This document shows, one piece after another, positions 1 through 16,769 of a DNA stretch of 64,000 bases. Both the position numbers and the translations under genes were made by a program. This DNA comes from the human T2T-CHM13v2.0 reference genome, Homo sapiens. Within the stretch, counting starts at the first letter, position 1; each line of letters opens with the position of its first letter. The notes beneath the pieces are model-generated. The model had not been told where the DNA came from and made no database searches. It saw only the letters and a list, made by a program, of their open reading frames with translations. The stretch lies in assembly GCF_009914755.1 (NCBI RefSeq), contig NC_060928.1; one strand, 5' to 3'.

Positions 1-1893
<1,893 letters not shown>

Positions 1894-1899
1894 GACATA

Positions 1900-2579
<680 letters not shown>

Positions 2580-2639
2580 CAGCATATGTATTTTTTAAAA
2601 GCTAGGTAATTATCCACCTGACTTGGAAATGTATGTTCT

Positions 2640-3215
2640 TACAAATTGGGGGAGAGTGGAACATCTCTTTTGCAGAAGAATTCCAAATATTTTTTGTAGA
2701 TACTCAACCGTCTAGAAAGTGGAGTATAATTCCCAACTCCTTACATGTGGGCTGAACATAGTGACTTCCTTCTAAAGACTACAGTGTGAAAACGCGGGAA
2801 AAAGACTAAGAGACCTGACAAACACCTCAGCCAGTTGATCTTTGTCAACATCGAAATTGACTGGTCATGTTGATGATATATACCTTTAATATGTGATGAA
2901 AATGGCATTTTACCTCTGGTATCCTCTTCCCCAAACCCATACCCCTGTCTAATCATGATCAAACAAATCTCAATAGAAATTCTACAAAATGCCTGACCAG
3001 TACTCCTCAAAAACTGCCAAGGCCTTGAAAGGCTGACACAAGGTAAAACGAGGAAAGGAAAAACAAGGAATGGCTGAGAGACCATCACAGGCAAGAGTTG
3101 CCTAAGACGACATACCGACTAAATGTGATATGGTTTCTTGAGTGGGAACATTTAACAGAAAAAGCATATACCGTAAAAACCTAGGAAAACTGAATTAAGT
3201 ACGGATTTAGTTTGT
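2640..3215 (+). mobile_element. L1MC/L1MD-type 3'UTR fragment
   Basis: gcagaagaattccaaata...tgtgggctgaacatagtgacttccttc...gaaaatggcattttacctctg resembles L1MC/MD 3'UTRs. Confidence 0.7.
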
Positions 3216-3299
3216 TTTAAAAATTCAGTGATAAAATGCTTCTCTCTACTTGCCATTATTTCTTTTTGGAGTTCTAGGTATTTGTTTCACACCCTAGAG

Positions 3300-3602
3300 C
3301 AGCGGTCCCCAACCTTTGTGGCACCAGGGACCAGTTTCTTGGAAGACAATTTTCCCCCAGATGTGGGAGCAGGAGGATGGTTTCGGGATGAAACTGCTCC
3401 CCCTCAGATCATGAGGCATTATTAGATTCTCATAAGGAGTGCACAGCCTAGATCTTTTGCAGGTACAGTTCACAATAGAGTTCGCGTTCCTATGAGAATC
3501 TAATGCTGATCTGACGGGAGGTGGAGTCGAGGCAGCAATGCTCACCTGCCTTCTGCTCACCTCTTGCTGTGTGGCCCGGTTTCTAGGGGTTGGGGACTCC
3601 TG
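3300..3602. mobile_element. MER1B (hAT-Charlie non-autonomous DNA transposon)
   Basis: TIRs cagcggtccccaacc / ggttggggactcctg; 8-bp TSD ccctagag (3292-3299) and ccctagaa (3603-3610). Confidence 0.92.
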
Positions 3603-3989
3603 CCCTAGAAGGTTCTCAGAGATTAGGTATGGGAGCTTTGTAGGCTGATCTTGACTATTCCCAAGTATCACTGCATTATGTTCTTAATACTTATAAAACC
3701 TATATTTTATTAATTAAGCATTTATTCTATTCTCAAAATTTTACTAAATTGAGGGTATATAAAGGAAGGCAAAATAAAAGTTTCTGTCCTAATGGAATTT
3801 AAAGTCTTAGGACTGAACAGCCATGTAGCAGCTGGACAATATAGTTTTTGTTTTCACCTCTCATCTGAAGGCATGAAAACTTAATTTTTTAGTTACATTT
3901 GCTTAAAGATATTAGAACCAAAAGTACTGTAATACTTCTCACCTTAAAACAAAATGAAACAGAAATTACTTATCAGGACCTCAGATCGC

Positions 3990-4800
3990 CTTGCAACCAC
4001 CCCCTCTTTTCTCTGTTCCCTCTTACACTGATACTGCTGAAGAGTTGCCTACAGGTGTTGCAAATTCTTTATAACCAATTTATTCTCCAAATATCTTTAA
4101 TCTTGCTCTGAGCCCTTCACTCAGTGGAAACTGCCATTGTTAAAAGTCTAAAACTAATATTCACGTTGGTTAATCTGAAGTTAATTTCTGTTTTCATAGT
4201 GTTCCTCTTTATCAACAGTAAAACTTTTGACTACTCTTCCTTTTTGAAATACTGTTACCTCATTAGCTCCTCCTCGGCCTTCTTCCCTAACAGCTCCTTT
4301 TCTGCCTCAGATTTAATCTTCCTTACATAGTTATTAATGCATTTACCTTCTTCTCTCTTTGTTCTCTCCCTACATGATTTTATTAACTCCATCATTTTAT
4401 GCTACATCCATAGGCTGTTGATCTCCAAGTCTTGCTCAGGTTCCTCTTCTAGGCATCAGATTCCCATTTTTCACTCCCCACTTGACCTTTGCTTTGGAAA
4501 TTTTACGAACTGCAGACAATTCATCTCAAACGGAACTTGTCTTTCATCCTAGTTTTCTCTATTTCCAGTAAATGGCATCACTATCTACCTATTGCCTTGT
4601 CTGGAAATGAGGAATTCATATTTCATTTAGCATTTCCTTTACTCCTGAAATTCAGTCCAGCATTAATGAAATTCCGTGTTTCTATATCCAAAATATATCT
4701 TCACCTGTTGAATTCTTTCTCTCTGTCATCATCACCTTTGGCCAGTAACTATCATTCTCACCTGGATTCCTGCAACTATTTTTCAACAAATCTTCCCTCA
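3990..4800 (+). mobile_element. L2 fragment
   Basis: cactcagtggaaactgcc (HS.ETA motif of L2 RT), pyrimidine-rich L2 body, ctcacctggattcctgcaac. Confidence 0.7.
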
Positions 4801-5619
4801 AACCATTGTAAGACATTCATAAGCTTTAGGCAGGCTTAATTTTAGAGTCCATAATTCCCATCATATAAACCAAACCATATTGAAATATTTCCATATCCTA
4901 CATTAAAAGCAATATTTCTGCTGTGGAATAGTCTTAAAATTTGTTTATAAAATTATTTGGTGTCAGGATTTTATTTAATATATGACCAGCTAAGTTATAT
5001 ATTTTATATGACCAGCTAAGCAATAGATGAAATAAATATAATATATAAAAATATATATCATATTTGATAAAATTTATGATTATTTATTAGAAATTTTCGT
5101 ATCAATATAATTTTTTTATAAATGAAAAGAATCTAAATCTCAAACATTTTTTAGCTTATGACATATTTTTGAGTTTTATATTTTAAAATATATACTTTTA
5201 GCCTATTATTTGTATAGGATTCAATTGAACATTTGTTTATTTTGATGTTGTGCCAAACACATAACTCTCTTAAGATAGCACAGCAAAGAAGTATCAGAAC
5301 CAGAATTTGAAACCAAGGAATCTGGTTCCAGAACTGAGCTGTTAGTTCTCACTGTCTTCTGAATACTCTACGAATATGAGACTGTTGGTTTTCAGATGTC
5401 CTGTGGTCCATATCACTTGTTCATATGTATTTGTTCACTAGGCACTTCTGCCCTAGTATATTAAACAGAAGACAAGAGAATGCTGCCAATGTAAAAAGCA
5501 TGCCAGCTGCATATTTCATATAACTTTTAGATAGTTAAGATTATCAAGAGTGTTATTAACTAACAGCACCCCATTTTTGGAGGACAACTAAGAATTATCA
5601 CACTTTCAAAAAGAAGTTT

Positions 5620-5905
5620 TACTTTCAGTTAGAAAATAAATAAGTTTTGGGGACCTAATGTATAGCACTGTGACTACAGTTAATACTACGGTACTGTATT
5701 ATTTACTGGAAATTTGACGAAAGCCTATTTTAAGTGTCCTCAGCTCCCTCCCCACAAGACTGTCCCGTGGTAACCATGGGTGATGAGGGATATGTTAATT
5801 AATTTGACTCTGGTAGTCACTATACAGTACATGCATATATAAAGTCACCTAGAATATATACAATTTTGTATGTCAATGATAACTCAATAAATATAGGAAA
5901 AAAAT
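5620..5905 (+). mobile_element. L1MA 3'UTR end
   Basis: aataagttttggggacctaatgtatagcactgtgactacagttaata ... ctcaataaa. Confidence 0.85.
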
Positions 5906-7129
5906 ACCAAAAAGTTAGTTGAAAAATTTTGAATCAGCATAGTCTGTGTGCCCAACATGTTATTTAAAAGTCAGTAACTTGCAAGAGCGATCCCTGAATG
6001 ACTGTGTTTTCCCCCTCACTCTTGTTGGTATGAAGATGGTATTTCAGATTAGAAGATGTTTGAGTGTAAATCATTCATCAGTGTCGTTGCCACATTTGGT
6101 GAAATGCGTTTTTCCCTCCTTTAATAACAAATGCTCCAGGTTTTGAGTTACTCTATGTTTTGCTTCAGTCATGGTAGAGAATTTTACCGTGGGATGCTCG
6201 CCAGGGACCATACTTGGTTCATGCAACATAGATGCTAGTTTTACAATTTTTGGCCCTCATAGTGATCATCTTTGGCTTTTGAGGTCAGGCATAGCATTCT
6301 TCTAGCTATACTTGTAACATTTTAGAATCCGCTTTCAAGAAAGAATGCTCATTAGCAAGGCATCTGCCATGTTCCGGTAAGGTTGCTTTACAATGAATTC
6401 CTGAGAGCTGCAAAATGTGAGCAAAATGTCTTTATACTGGTAGGCAATCAGTGAGAATTAAATAGGTCTTATTTTTCCTTTGCCAGATTTAAAGCAACTG
6501 TAATGAAAGTTGCTTAGTATTAAATTCTAAAGGTTTTAAATAACGTAAACTTAAAGGTAAGAGTCCATGTCTGTCAAGCCTCCGATGATACGAAAAGGAA
6601 GGGGAAAGTGCCATCATTCCCATGTGGTCAAAGATAAAACTGTAGTTTTACTGGTTTTTATCCAGCCTTCTATCCCTTCTTGTCCACATTGCTTGCTAAA
6701 CAGATAAATTCTCTGTAAAATGTGTCTTGAGAAACTGAAACAACTCAGCTATTAAAAAGAAGTCAGTAGTGACAACAGCCACTGATACTAGGTGGAGAGA
6801 GAATTCCATGACAGGTTATTTGAGTTTAGAGAGTACATAAAATGGCACTCTTTAATCTTCATGAAGGGCAATTAGAAGAAACTGCCTCATGGTAGGAAAA
6901 TGTACAGAAATCAGTCCTTTAAGTTGCATCTAAAAGAGATTTGGAAAAACTATAGATGCTGAAATATGTGTTGCTGTATATTTCACTTGGGCAGTTTTCT
7001 TAAAACTCACTGAATACGGTGGGCAAGAAGTAATCTAATTTTCACTCCACAGTATGTCCAACTTTATAAATTTAGAAGCCCTTAATGAGAATTTAAAGAA
7101 ATTAGAGTAAATACCTTTTACTAGATTGA

Positions 7130-8345
7130 AGAAAGCTGAAACTGGATCTCTTCCTTACACCTTATACAAAAATTAATTCAAGATGGATTAAAGACTTAAA
7201 TGTTAGACCTAAAACCATAAAAACCTTAGAAGAAAACCTGAGCAATACCATTCAGGACATAGACATGGGCAAGGACTTCATGTCTAAAACACCAAAAGCA
7301 ATGGCAACAAAAGCCAAAATTGACAAATGGGATCTAATTAAACTAAAGAGAGTCTGCACAACAAAAGAAACTACCATCAGAGTGAACAGGCAATCTACAG
7401 AATAGGAGAAAATTTTTCAATCTACCCATCCGACAAAGGGCTAATATCCAGAATCTACAAATAACTTAAACAAATTTACAAGAAAAAAATCAAACAACCA
7501 CATCAAAAAGTGGGCAAAGGATATGAACAGACACTTCTCAAAAGAAGACATTTATGCAACCAACAGACACTTAGAAAAATGCTCATCATCACTGGCCATC
7601 AGAGAAATGCAAATCAAAACCACAATGAGATACCATCTCACACCAATTAGAATGGCAATCATTAAAAAGTCAGGAAACAACAGGTGCTGGAGAGGATGTG
7701 GAGAAATAGGAACACTTTTACACTGTTGGTGGGACTGTAAACTAGTTCAACCATTGCGGAAGTCAGTGTGGCGATTCCTCAAGGATCTAGAACTAGAAAT
7801 ACCATTTGACCTAGCCATCTCATTACTGGGTATATATCCAGAGGATTATAAATCATGCTGCTGTAAAGACACATGCACACGTATGTTTATTGCGGCACTA
7901 TTCACAATAGCAAAGACCTGGAACCAACCCAAATGTCCATCAATGATAGACTGGATTAAGAAAATGTGTCACATACACACTATGGAATACTATGCAGCCA
8001 TAAAAAAGGATGAGTTCATGTCCTTTGTAGGGACATGGATGAAGCTGGAAACCATCATTCTCAGCAAACTATTGCAAGGACAGAAAACCAGACTCCGCAT
8101 GTTCTCACTCATAGGTGGGAATTGAACAATGAGAACACATGGACACAGGAAGGGGAACATCGCACACTATGGCCTGTCATGGGGTGGGGGGAGGGGTGAG
8201 GGATAGCATTAGGAGATACACCTAATGCAAATGAGAAGTTAATGTGTGCAGCACACCAGCATGGCACATGTATACATATGTAACAAACCTGCAGGTTGTG
8301 CACATGTACCCTAGAACTTAAAGTATAATAAAATAAATAAATAAA
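7130..8345 (+). mobile_element. 5'-truncated L1PA (about L1PA3-5)
   Basis: Near-consensus ORF2 3' end, G-rich 3'UTR, acttaaagtataataaaa(taaa)n tail. Confidence 0.96.
7523..8125 (+). pseudogene. L1 ORF2p C-terminal fragment (cysteine-rich CCHC region), non-functional
   Basis: ORF reads [23 protein letters not shown] ... MFSLIGGN; no EN or RT domain upstream. Confidence 0.93.
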
Positions 8346-8599
8346 TATGGTAAAAAAATTGAAAATGCAATACAATGAAATAAATTTTACTTGTCTGGAA
8401 ACTATAGAGTAAGAATATTTTCATGTTTACTTCATTATGATCTTATTTTTTACACTACTTGGATTTATGTAATAAACAAGTACATGCTATTGTTTAATCA
8501 AAAAAGAAACTTTCATGACATATCATAGAAAGTGTGGATTCAACTTAGTTGCCTCTATTTCATAAATATAGTATATCTAGAACGATGATTTAAAAATTG

Positions 8600-9050
8600 T
8601 ATTTCATTTAATATTTTTGAGTGTCTAATATTTTCTGGTCTCTGCCTTTTAAGGAAGAGGTGTGTGAGATCTGTCCTCCCCTCTGTATAGTGACACAGAC
8701 AAATAGATGATGTTTGTGCTCATTGGTAATTGCTGCAAGAGACAGAAAGAATTACTGGGTGTGTGAGCAAAGAGAAACATTTTATAATTGGAGGAAACCA
8801 GGAAAAGCCTCACAGAGGACTTAGGTTTTGAACTTACAAGTAAAATATTTGAAAGATGAGTAGGTGCTCAAATTATAGAAATGAAGGATAGGAATTTTTT
8901 TTTAAAGAAATGGCCTCAGAAAAAAAAGCTGTGGATCTTAAAAGGTTTATGTACTTGGGAACTATGACAGGAACTTTGCTATGATTAGAGCTGCAAGTAG
9001 TTAAAGGTTGGAGCACAGAATAATCCTAGAAGCACCTGACATAGTAATAT
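8600..9050 (-). mobile_element. Degenerate L2 3' fragment
   Basis: catttaatatttttgagtgtcta ... ggaaaagcctcacagaggac ... gaaagatgagtagg resembles antisense L2. Confidence 0.5.
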
Positions 9051-9211
9051 GGAAGATTCTTTTTAGTTTAGCTCTTTTTGCAGTTTTACATATTGCTTTT
9101 TAACCTTTGAACACTGACCATCCAATAACCCATAGGCAGCAGGGAAAAATATATTTTTTAATTTCCTTCCAATCCTTTTCAAATAATTATTTAAAAAAAT
9201 CAGGGATTATA

Positions 9212-9507
<296 letters not shown>

Positions 9508-9699
9508 TCAGAGATTATAAACTTAGATGGCAAAAAAAGCAGGCAGATAATGAAAATGAATGAAGTAGGCCAGGTGAAATATTTAGCTTTCCTCTTGGTC
9601 TAAGAGAAAAGAGCAAGTGCAATGGTAAATCACAGCAAAGACTCCGATTAGGTCCTGAGTGGGCAGTGCTGGAGGCAGTCACTGGACAACACTTGCCCC

Positions 9700-9940
9700 A
9701 TTCACAGGAGCTGGCAGCTCCATCCATTTTACCCTACACAGTTGCGGTGCCCATGTTGCCAGATATCTTGATTTTGCAAGAGAAGCCAGAAATAAGGATT
9801 TTTCTCTGCTATATCCCAATTTTTAAGTGCTAGTAAATCCTTCACATTTTTTTTTTAAACAGTATGTGGGCCAACTTTATAGCACGGCCAAACAAAACAG
9901 GCTGGGGTCCTTATCAGACCGTTGGCAGCCAGTTGACCAT
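9700..9940. mobile_element. MER102-like hAT-Charlie fragment
   Basis: gttgccagatatcttgattttgcaagagaagccagaaat ... tgtgggccaa ... ggccaaacaaaaca. Confidence 0.65.
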
Positions 9941-10049
9941 TGCTGTTTTACATTGTTGAGATCATACAATATACTCAATGTCCTGCTTTTTCCCATTAAG
10001 ATTAAAGCACCATAGAATTGTTAGAATTTCAACATCCACTCTTTTTAGT

Positions 10050-11690
10050 ATGAGAATTTAAAAATACACTAAAAATTCGAGCATATAGTAAAGATATATG
10101 CATATATTGAACACCTATATTTAGTAATCATTAATCTATCTTTTTTTGTTTTGAACCTATAATTTAAAAAATAATACTTTATTAAATAAAACTTTTGCAC
10201 TTCTCTTCAATTATATTTTCAGCAGTTCATCACTAGAAATAATTATTCTAAAGTTAATATCTTCATATTTATGTTTTAGTACTATTAATAATTTATATAC
10301 ATAAATAAGAGTTATTGTTTGCAGATTGCAATTTAAATAAGAGGTATTATACTGAATGTTTCATTTGGCAACTTTTTTTTTTAACTCAACACTATTCTAG
10401 AGAAATCTAGCCAAGTTGGTTATCAATAGGGGTAAATCAGTTTAATTTTCATAGCTACAGAAAGCAAAAATTCATTATAGAGAGTAGCATTGTATAAATA
10501 TATGTTTATTTATTTTCTATTGATGGCTATTTAATTTTCTCCCATTTTTTTCGCAGAAATTATGTTGTATTGAACATCTTCCTACATATTCCCTTTGGCA
10601 CATATATCTAATTTCTCTAGAGTGTATAGTTGAAGAAGTGGGTTTCTAGGTTCTAGGGGGCCTATGTCTTCAACTTTACTGAATGAAAATTTTAAAATTT
10701 TAATTAAGAATACTAAAAATTGGCTTCCCTAAATAGTTATACCAATTCACACTTTGCCAGTTGTCTGTGAGTTCCTTTCCCCCATTTTTTGCCAGTATTT
10801 GGTATTTTCCAAATTGGAGCATCTGTTTATATGTTTATTGGCCATTTGGGTTTCCTCTTCTATAGCATCTCTGTTTATAGCCTTTGAAAGTTTTCTCTTT
10901 TCACTTGTATTTTTAAATTTTAGTATTCACAGCTTAATAATTTTAGTTGTCAATATTTCGTCAGCTATATGTGTGGCAATTTTTAAAATTTTAAAGACTT
11001 AATCAGATTTACTCATCTTTTTTTCATTTAAAATGTCATATCTTATCTAATAAATCTTTCTTTTAAAGAATGACAATACTGTCCTATATTTTAAAATATT
11101 TCAATTTTGCTTTGTGCATTTAAGTCTTTAGTTTCCCTGGGATTTATTTTGCGTATTGTATTAGGGTTCTCTAGAGGGACAGAACTAATAGGATATATAT
11201 TTATATAAAGCAGAGTTTATTAAGTATTAACTCACATGATCACAAGGTCCCACAATAGGCCGTCTGCAAGCTGTGGAGTGAGCAGAGCCAGTCCAAGTCC
11301 CAAAACTGAAGGACTTTGAGTCTGATGTTTGAAGGCAGCAAGCATCCAGCACAGGAGAAAGATGTAGGCTGAGAAGCTAGGCCAGTCTAGTCTTTCCACG
11401 TTTTTCTGCCTCTTTTATATCCTGGCCACACTGGCAGCTGATTAGATAGTGCCCACCCAGATGAAGGGTAGGTCTGACTTTCCCAGCCCACTGACTCAAA
11501 TGTTAATCCCCTTTGGTAATACACTTTCAGACACACCCAGGATCAATACTTTGTATCCTTCAATCCAGTCAAGTTGACACTCCATATTAACCATCACATC
11601 TATGGTGTGATGTAGGTATTTAATTTTTTTCCTTATTAACAGTCAATTGTTTCAGCTCTATTTCTTGCCTAATCCCATTTCCTATTTTCA
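10050..11690 (-). mobile_element. L1ME-type fragment, interrupted by MLT2A
   Basis: ttggagcatctgtttatatgtttattggccatttgggtttcctcttc; L1 resumes after the LTR (tatggtgtgatgtagg). Confidence 0.75.
11157..11598 (-). mobile_element. MLT2A solo LTR (HERV-L)
   Basis: tgtattagggttctctagagggacagaactaatagga ... aagttgacactccatattaaccatcaca; TG..CA ends; degenerate 5-bp TSD cgtat/tctat. Confidence 0.93.
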
Positions 11691-12711
11691 GTTGCTCCCT
11701 TTCTAGAATATGTATTGTATATGGTTCCATGTTCAAAAGGCATGTTTACTTTAAAAGATACACATTAGCAAGCATACAGCTTTCGAAGCCATCCAATTCA
11801 GGGCATTCTCTAGTACTAGCTCATGTATGCCTGGAACATTGACAAGTGATCAATAAAGTACAGCAATAAGAAATTTAAAAAATAAAACTTGGTAGATCAA
11901 TTCTGAAGACATCACAGAGGTATAGCAGTGAAAGAGATTAAGATGTCAGCCAATTAAACAGTTTGTTTCAGTACTTTATCCAGTGTCCCAAGACCTAAAA
12001 TTAATTCTTTTTCTACTGAAAAAGGGAAAATAGTTCTTACCTGTTTGTTCTATGCTAAGAGCTTTACAACATTTCAAAATCTATGCTATCAAAAGAAGTT
12101 CAGTGAAATATTTTTATTTAATACATTTATTGCTTCCATTGCCTATTCTACCACTGCTTCATAGACATGTGAAAAATGTTCATGCCGATGGTTATTGCCT
12201 CAGATGACGTAAGACTGCCCTAGACAAAGCTACTCATAAGGCTGGAGTAGAGTCCTGTAAGAGACAGTTTTAAATTGGGTTAACACTGGTAAAGGGACAA
12301 AAACATTATCTTTAGAACTATTAACTCATAAATTCTTTCAATTTTGGAATGTTGCCATGAAGCTTTCTTAATCCAAACCCTAAAGATGCCATTGTTCTTT
12401 ATTCCATTGTAGGCTTTTTTCTTCTTCCTTTTCTTCTCTCAATGACTTGTAAATTATTGCCTGCTTCATCTAATTCTGGTCAATCTAGACCCTGATAACT
12501 ATTCTTGTTGTTCATCTTCTGAGAGAAATGATAGGGGTCAGACCAGTCTTTCTCATTTAGATTATTTCCCCGTTCTTTCCAGTTATTGAAACACATATAA
12601 AGCCAACTAAACTCTGCTCAGTTGAATTCAGATTATCATTTTCCAGTCAACATAAGATATATACATATATATTCATTCTTTTATGCTTTAATCATTTGAT
12701 CAATAAACTGA

Positions 12712-13038
<327 letters not shown>

Positions 13039-13504
13039 TTATCACTTCTAAGTAAGCTTAATGTAAGCCTGCATTCTAAAAAGCTTACATTAACAATTTA
13101 CTGTTATTTTAACAAAATATATAATTCAGAAAAACTCATGAGTATCTCAATAGATGCAGAAATACCATTTGTCAAAGTTTGACATTCATTCATGATTAAA
13201 GTCTCAATACAATAAAAGTCATATATGACAAGTCCACAGCTAACATCATAATCACTGAAGAACACCTGAAAGATTTTCTTCTAAGATCTGATAAAAGGCA
13301 AGGGTGCCCACTCTTGCCATTTCTTTAACATACTACTGGAAATCCTAATCAGAGCTATTAGACAAGAAAAAGAAATAAAAGGAATCCAAATCAGAAAGGA
13401 AGAAGTAAAATTAAATCTATTTGCAGATGATATGATCAGATACATAGAAAACCCTAAAGACTCAACAACAACAAAATGCCTATTAGAATAAACAAGTTTA
13501 GTAA

Positions 13505-13828
<324 letters not shown>

Positions 13829-14917
13829 AATAAGTCACATTTCCATACACAAACAATGAATTATTCAAAAAGGAAATCAAGAAAACAATATTATTCATAG
13901 TAGCAACAAAATAATCAAATATTTAGACCAAAGAGGTATAACCTAAACAAAAGAGGTATACTGAAAATTATAAGACATTGATGAAGGATATTAAAGAAGA
14001 CATAAATAAATGGAAAGAAATTTCATGTTCATGGATTGGAATAATTAATACCATTAAATTGTTCATATTACCCAAAGTGATCAGCAGATTTGATGTAACC
14101 CCTATGAAAACCACCATGGTATTCTTTACTGAAACTACTCCTCAGATTCGTATGGGATATGGAACCACAAAAGACCTCAATTAGCCAAAGCTATTTTGAG
14201 CAAGAAGAACAAAACTGGACACATCCTAGTCTCGGATTTCAAAATCTATTACACAGCTACAGTATTCAAAACAGTATGCTCCTGGCATAAAAACAGTTAT
14301 GTAGATCAAAGATAACGGAGAGGCCAGGAATAAATCCACACATCTATGGTCAACTGATTTTCAACAAGAATGCCAAAAACACATCATGTGGAAAGAGAGT
14401 CTCTTCGGTAAACAGTGATGGGAAAACCAGATAGCCATATGCAGAGGAATTAAATTGAACCCTTATCTCATACCATATACATGCATCATACACCATTTAC
14501 AAAAATCAACTGAAAAGACTTAAAGACCTAAAATCATAAAACTAATGGAAGATAATATACAAAAAAGTTTTATGACACTGGTCTAGGCAATGATTTTTTT
14601 GGATATGACCCCCAAAGCACAGGAAACAAAAGCAAAAATAGACATATAAGAATGCACCAAACTGAAAAGCTTCTGCACCACAAAGGAAACAATAAGCAGA
14701 ATGAAAAGACAACCTATGGGATGAGCAAACATTTTCTCAAACAGTATATATCTGAAAAGGGACTAATACGTAAAGTACGTGAGTAACTCCTGCAACTTCA
14801 TAGTAAAAAAGAAAAAAAGCAACAAATAACCCAATGAAAAAATAGGTTAAGGACCTGAACAGACAGTTCTCAAAAGAAGGCATGCAAATTGCTAACAGGT
14901 ATGGGAAAAGATGCTTT

Positions 14918-15926
14918 TGTGTCTGGAATTTATTCCTTCAGTTTGGTTCTTGGTCTCGCTAACTTCAAGAATGAAGCCACAGACCCTCACAGTGAGTGTT
15001 ACAGTTCTTAAAAATGATGTGTCTGGAATTTGTTCCTTGAGATGTTCAGATGTGTCTGGGGTTTCTTCCTTCCATGGGTTTGTGGTCTCGCTGACTTCAT
15101 GAGTGAAGCCACAGACCTTCACAGTGAGTTTTAAAACTCTTAAAGATGGTGTGTCCGGAGTTGTTTGTTCCTCCAGGTGGGTTTGTGGTCTCGCTGACTT
15201 CAGGAGTGATGCGGGAGACCCTCGCGGTGAGTGTTACAGCTCATAAAGATAGTACAAACCTAAAGAGTGAGCAGCAGCAAGATTTATAAAAGCGAAAGAA
15301 CAAAGCTTCCACAGTGCGTAAGGAGACTCCAGGGGATTGCTGCTGCTGGCTCAGGTGGCCAGCTTTTATTCCCTTATTTGGCCCTGCCCACATCCTGCTG
15401 ATTGGTCCATTTTACAGAGAGCTGATTGGTCCATTTTACAGAGTGCTGATTGGTCCATTTTACAGAGTGCTGATTGGTGCATTTACAGTCCTTTAGTTAG
15501 ACACAGAGTGCTGATTGGTGTGTTTTTACAGAGTGCTGATTGGTGCATTTACAATCCTTTAGCTAGACACAGAGTGCTGATTGGTGCGTTTTTACAGAGT
15601 GCTGATTGGTGCATTTACAATCCTTTAGCTAGACACAGAGTTCTGATTGGTGCGTTTTTACAGAGTTCTGATTGGTGCGTTTACAATCCTTTAGCTAGAC
15701 ACAGACTGCTGATTGGTGCGTTTTTACAGAGTGCTCATTGGTGTGTTTACAATCCTTTAGCTAGACACAGAGTTCCAATTGGTGCGTTTTTACAGGGTGC
15801 TGATTGGTGCATTTACAATCCTTTAGCTAGACACAGAGCGCTGATTGGTGCGTTTACAATCCTTTAGCTAGGCAGAAAAGTTCTCCAAGTACTAGACCCA
15901 GGAAGTCCAGCTGGCTTCATCTCTCA
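14918..15926 (-). mobile_element. LTR12-family (ERV9) solo LTR, complete
   Basis: Minus strand begins tgagagatgaagccagctggacttcctgggt and ends aataaattccagacaca; perfect 4-bp TSD cttt at 14914-14917 and 15927-15930. Confidence 0.96.
15395..15870 (-). promoter_or_regulatory. LTR12 U3 tandem array with 15 CCAAT (NF-Y) boxes; TATA-like AATAAAA near 15364-15370 on the minus strand
   Basis: ATTGG at 24-bp spacing (15401-15473), then 66-bp units (41+25) from 15514 to 15844; activity not shown by sequence. Confidence 0.8.
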
Positions 15927-16724
15927 CTTTCACTACTCACCACAAAAGTGCAAATCAATTCCACAATGAAACATCACCTCACACCTGTTAAGATGGCTGT
16001 GATCAGAAAGACAAAAGATAACGTGTTGTCTGGAATGTAGAGAAAAATAAATTTGTATATGCTGTTGGTGGGAATATAAATTGATACAGCTATTATGTGA
16101 AACCATGTGAAACTAAAAATGGTTCCTTCAAACTAGAACTAAAAATAGGACTACCAAGGGCCCACAGTCCTGCAATGCCACTTCTGAGTATTTATCCAAA
16201 GGAATTGAAATCAGTATCTCGAAGAAATACCTGCACTCCTATGCTCATTTCAGCACTATTAACAATAGCCAAGATATGGAAACAACCTAAATATTAATGA
16301 ATGAATAAAGAAGCTGTAGTATATATATACATATAATATTCCATATATTACACATATATATACACACACACACACTCTATGGAATATTATTCAGACTTTA
16401 AAAAGAAAGAAATCCTGCTATTTGAGACAGCATGGATAAACCTGGAGGACATTATGCTTAGCGAAATAAGCCAGACATCGAAGGATAAATACTGCATGAT
16501 CTCACTTATATGTGGAATCTAAAAATGTCAAACTCATAGAACTGAAGAGTAGAATGGTAGCTACCAGGAGCTGGGGAAGGGGATGTGAGGAGATGTTGGT
16601 TAAGAGGTGTAAGTTTTAGATATAGAAGATAAATAATCTCTGGATATCTAATGTACAACAATGTGAATATGGTTAACATTATATACTTGAAATTTGATAA
16701 GAGGGTAGATCTTAAGTCTTCTCA

Positions 16725-16725
<1 letters not shown>

Positions 16726-16761
<36 letters not shown>
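16726..16761. repeat. (CA)n microsatellite
   Basis: Uninterrupted CA run inside the L1MA 3'UTR. Confidence 0.97.

Positions 16762-16769
<8 letters not shown>

Noticed and set aside
4979-5020. 16-bp direct repeat tatatgaccagctaag
   Set aside because: Ordinary slippage duplication in very AT-rich sequence.
7523-8125. 200-aa ORF as a host gene
   Set aside because: It is the C-terminus of L1 ORF2p in a 5'-truncated copy with no promoter, EN or RT.
15337-15867. Regular repeat array resembling CRISPR or a repeat protein (176-aa ORF)
   Set aside because: Units are contiguous with no unique spacers, there are no cas genes, and it is the known LTR12 U3 array.
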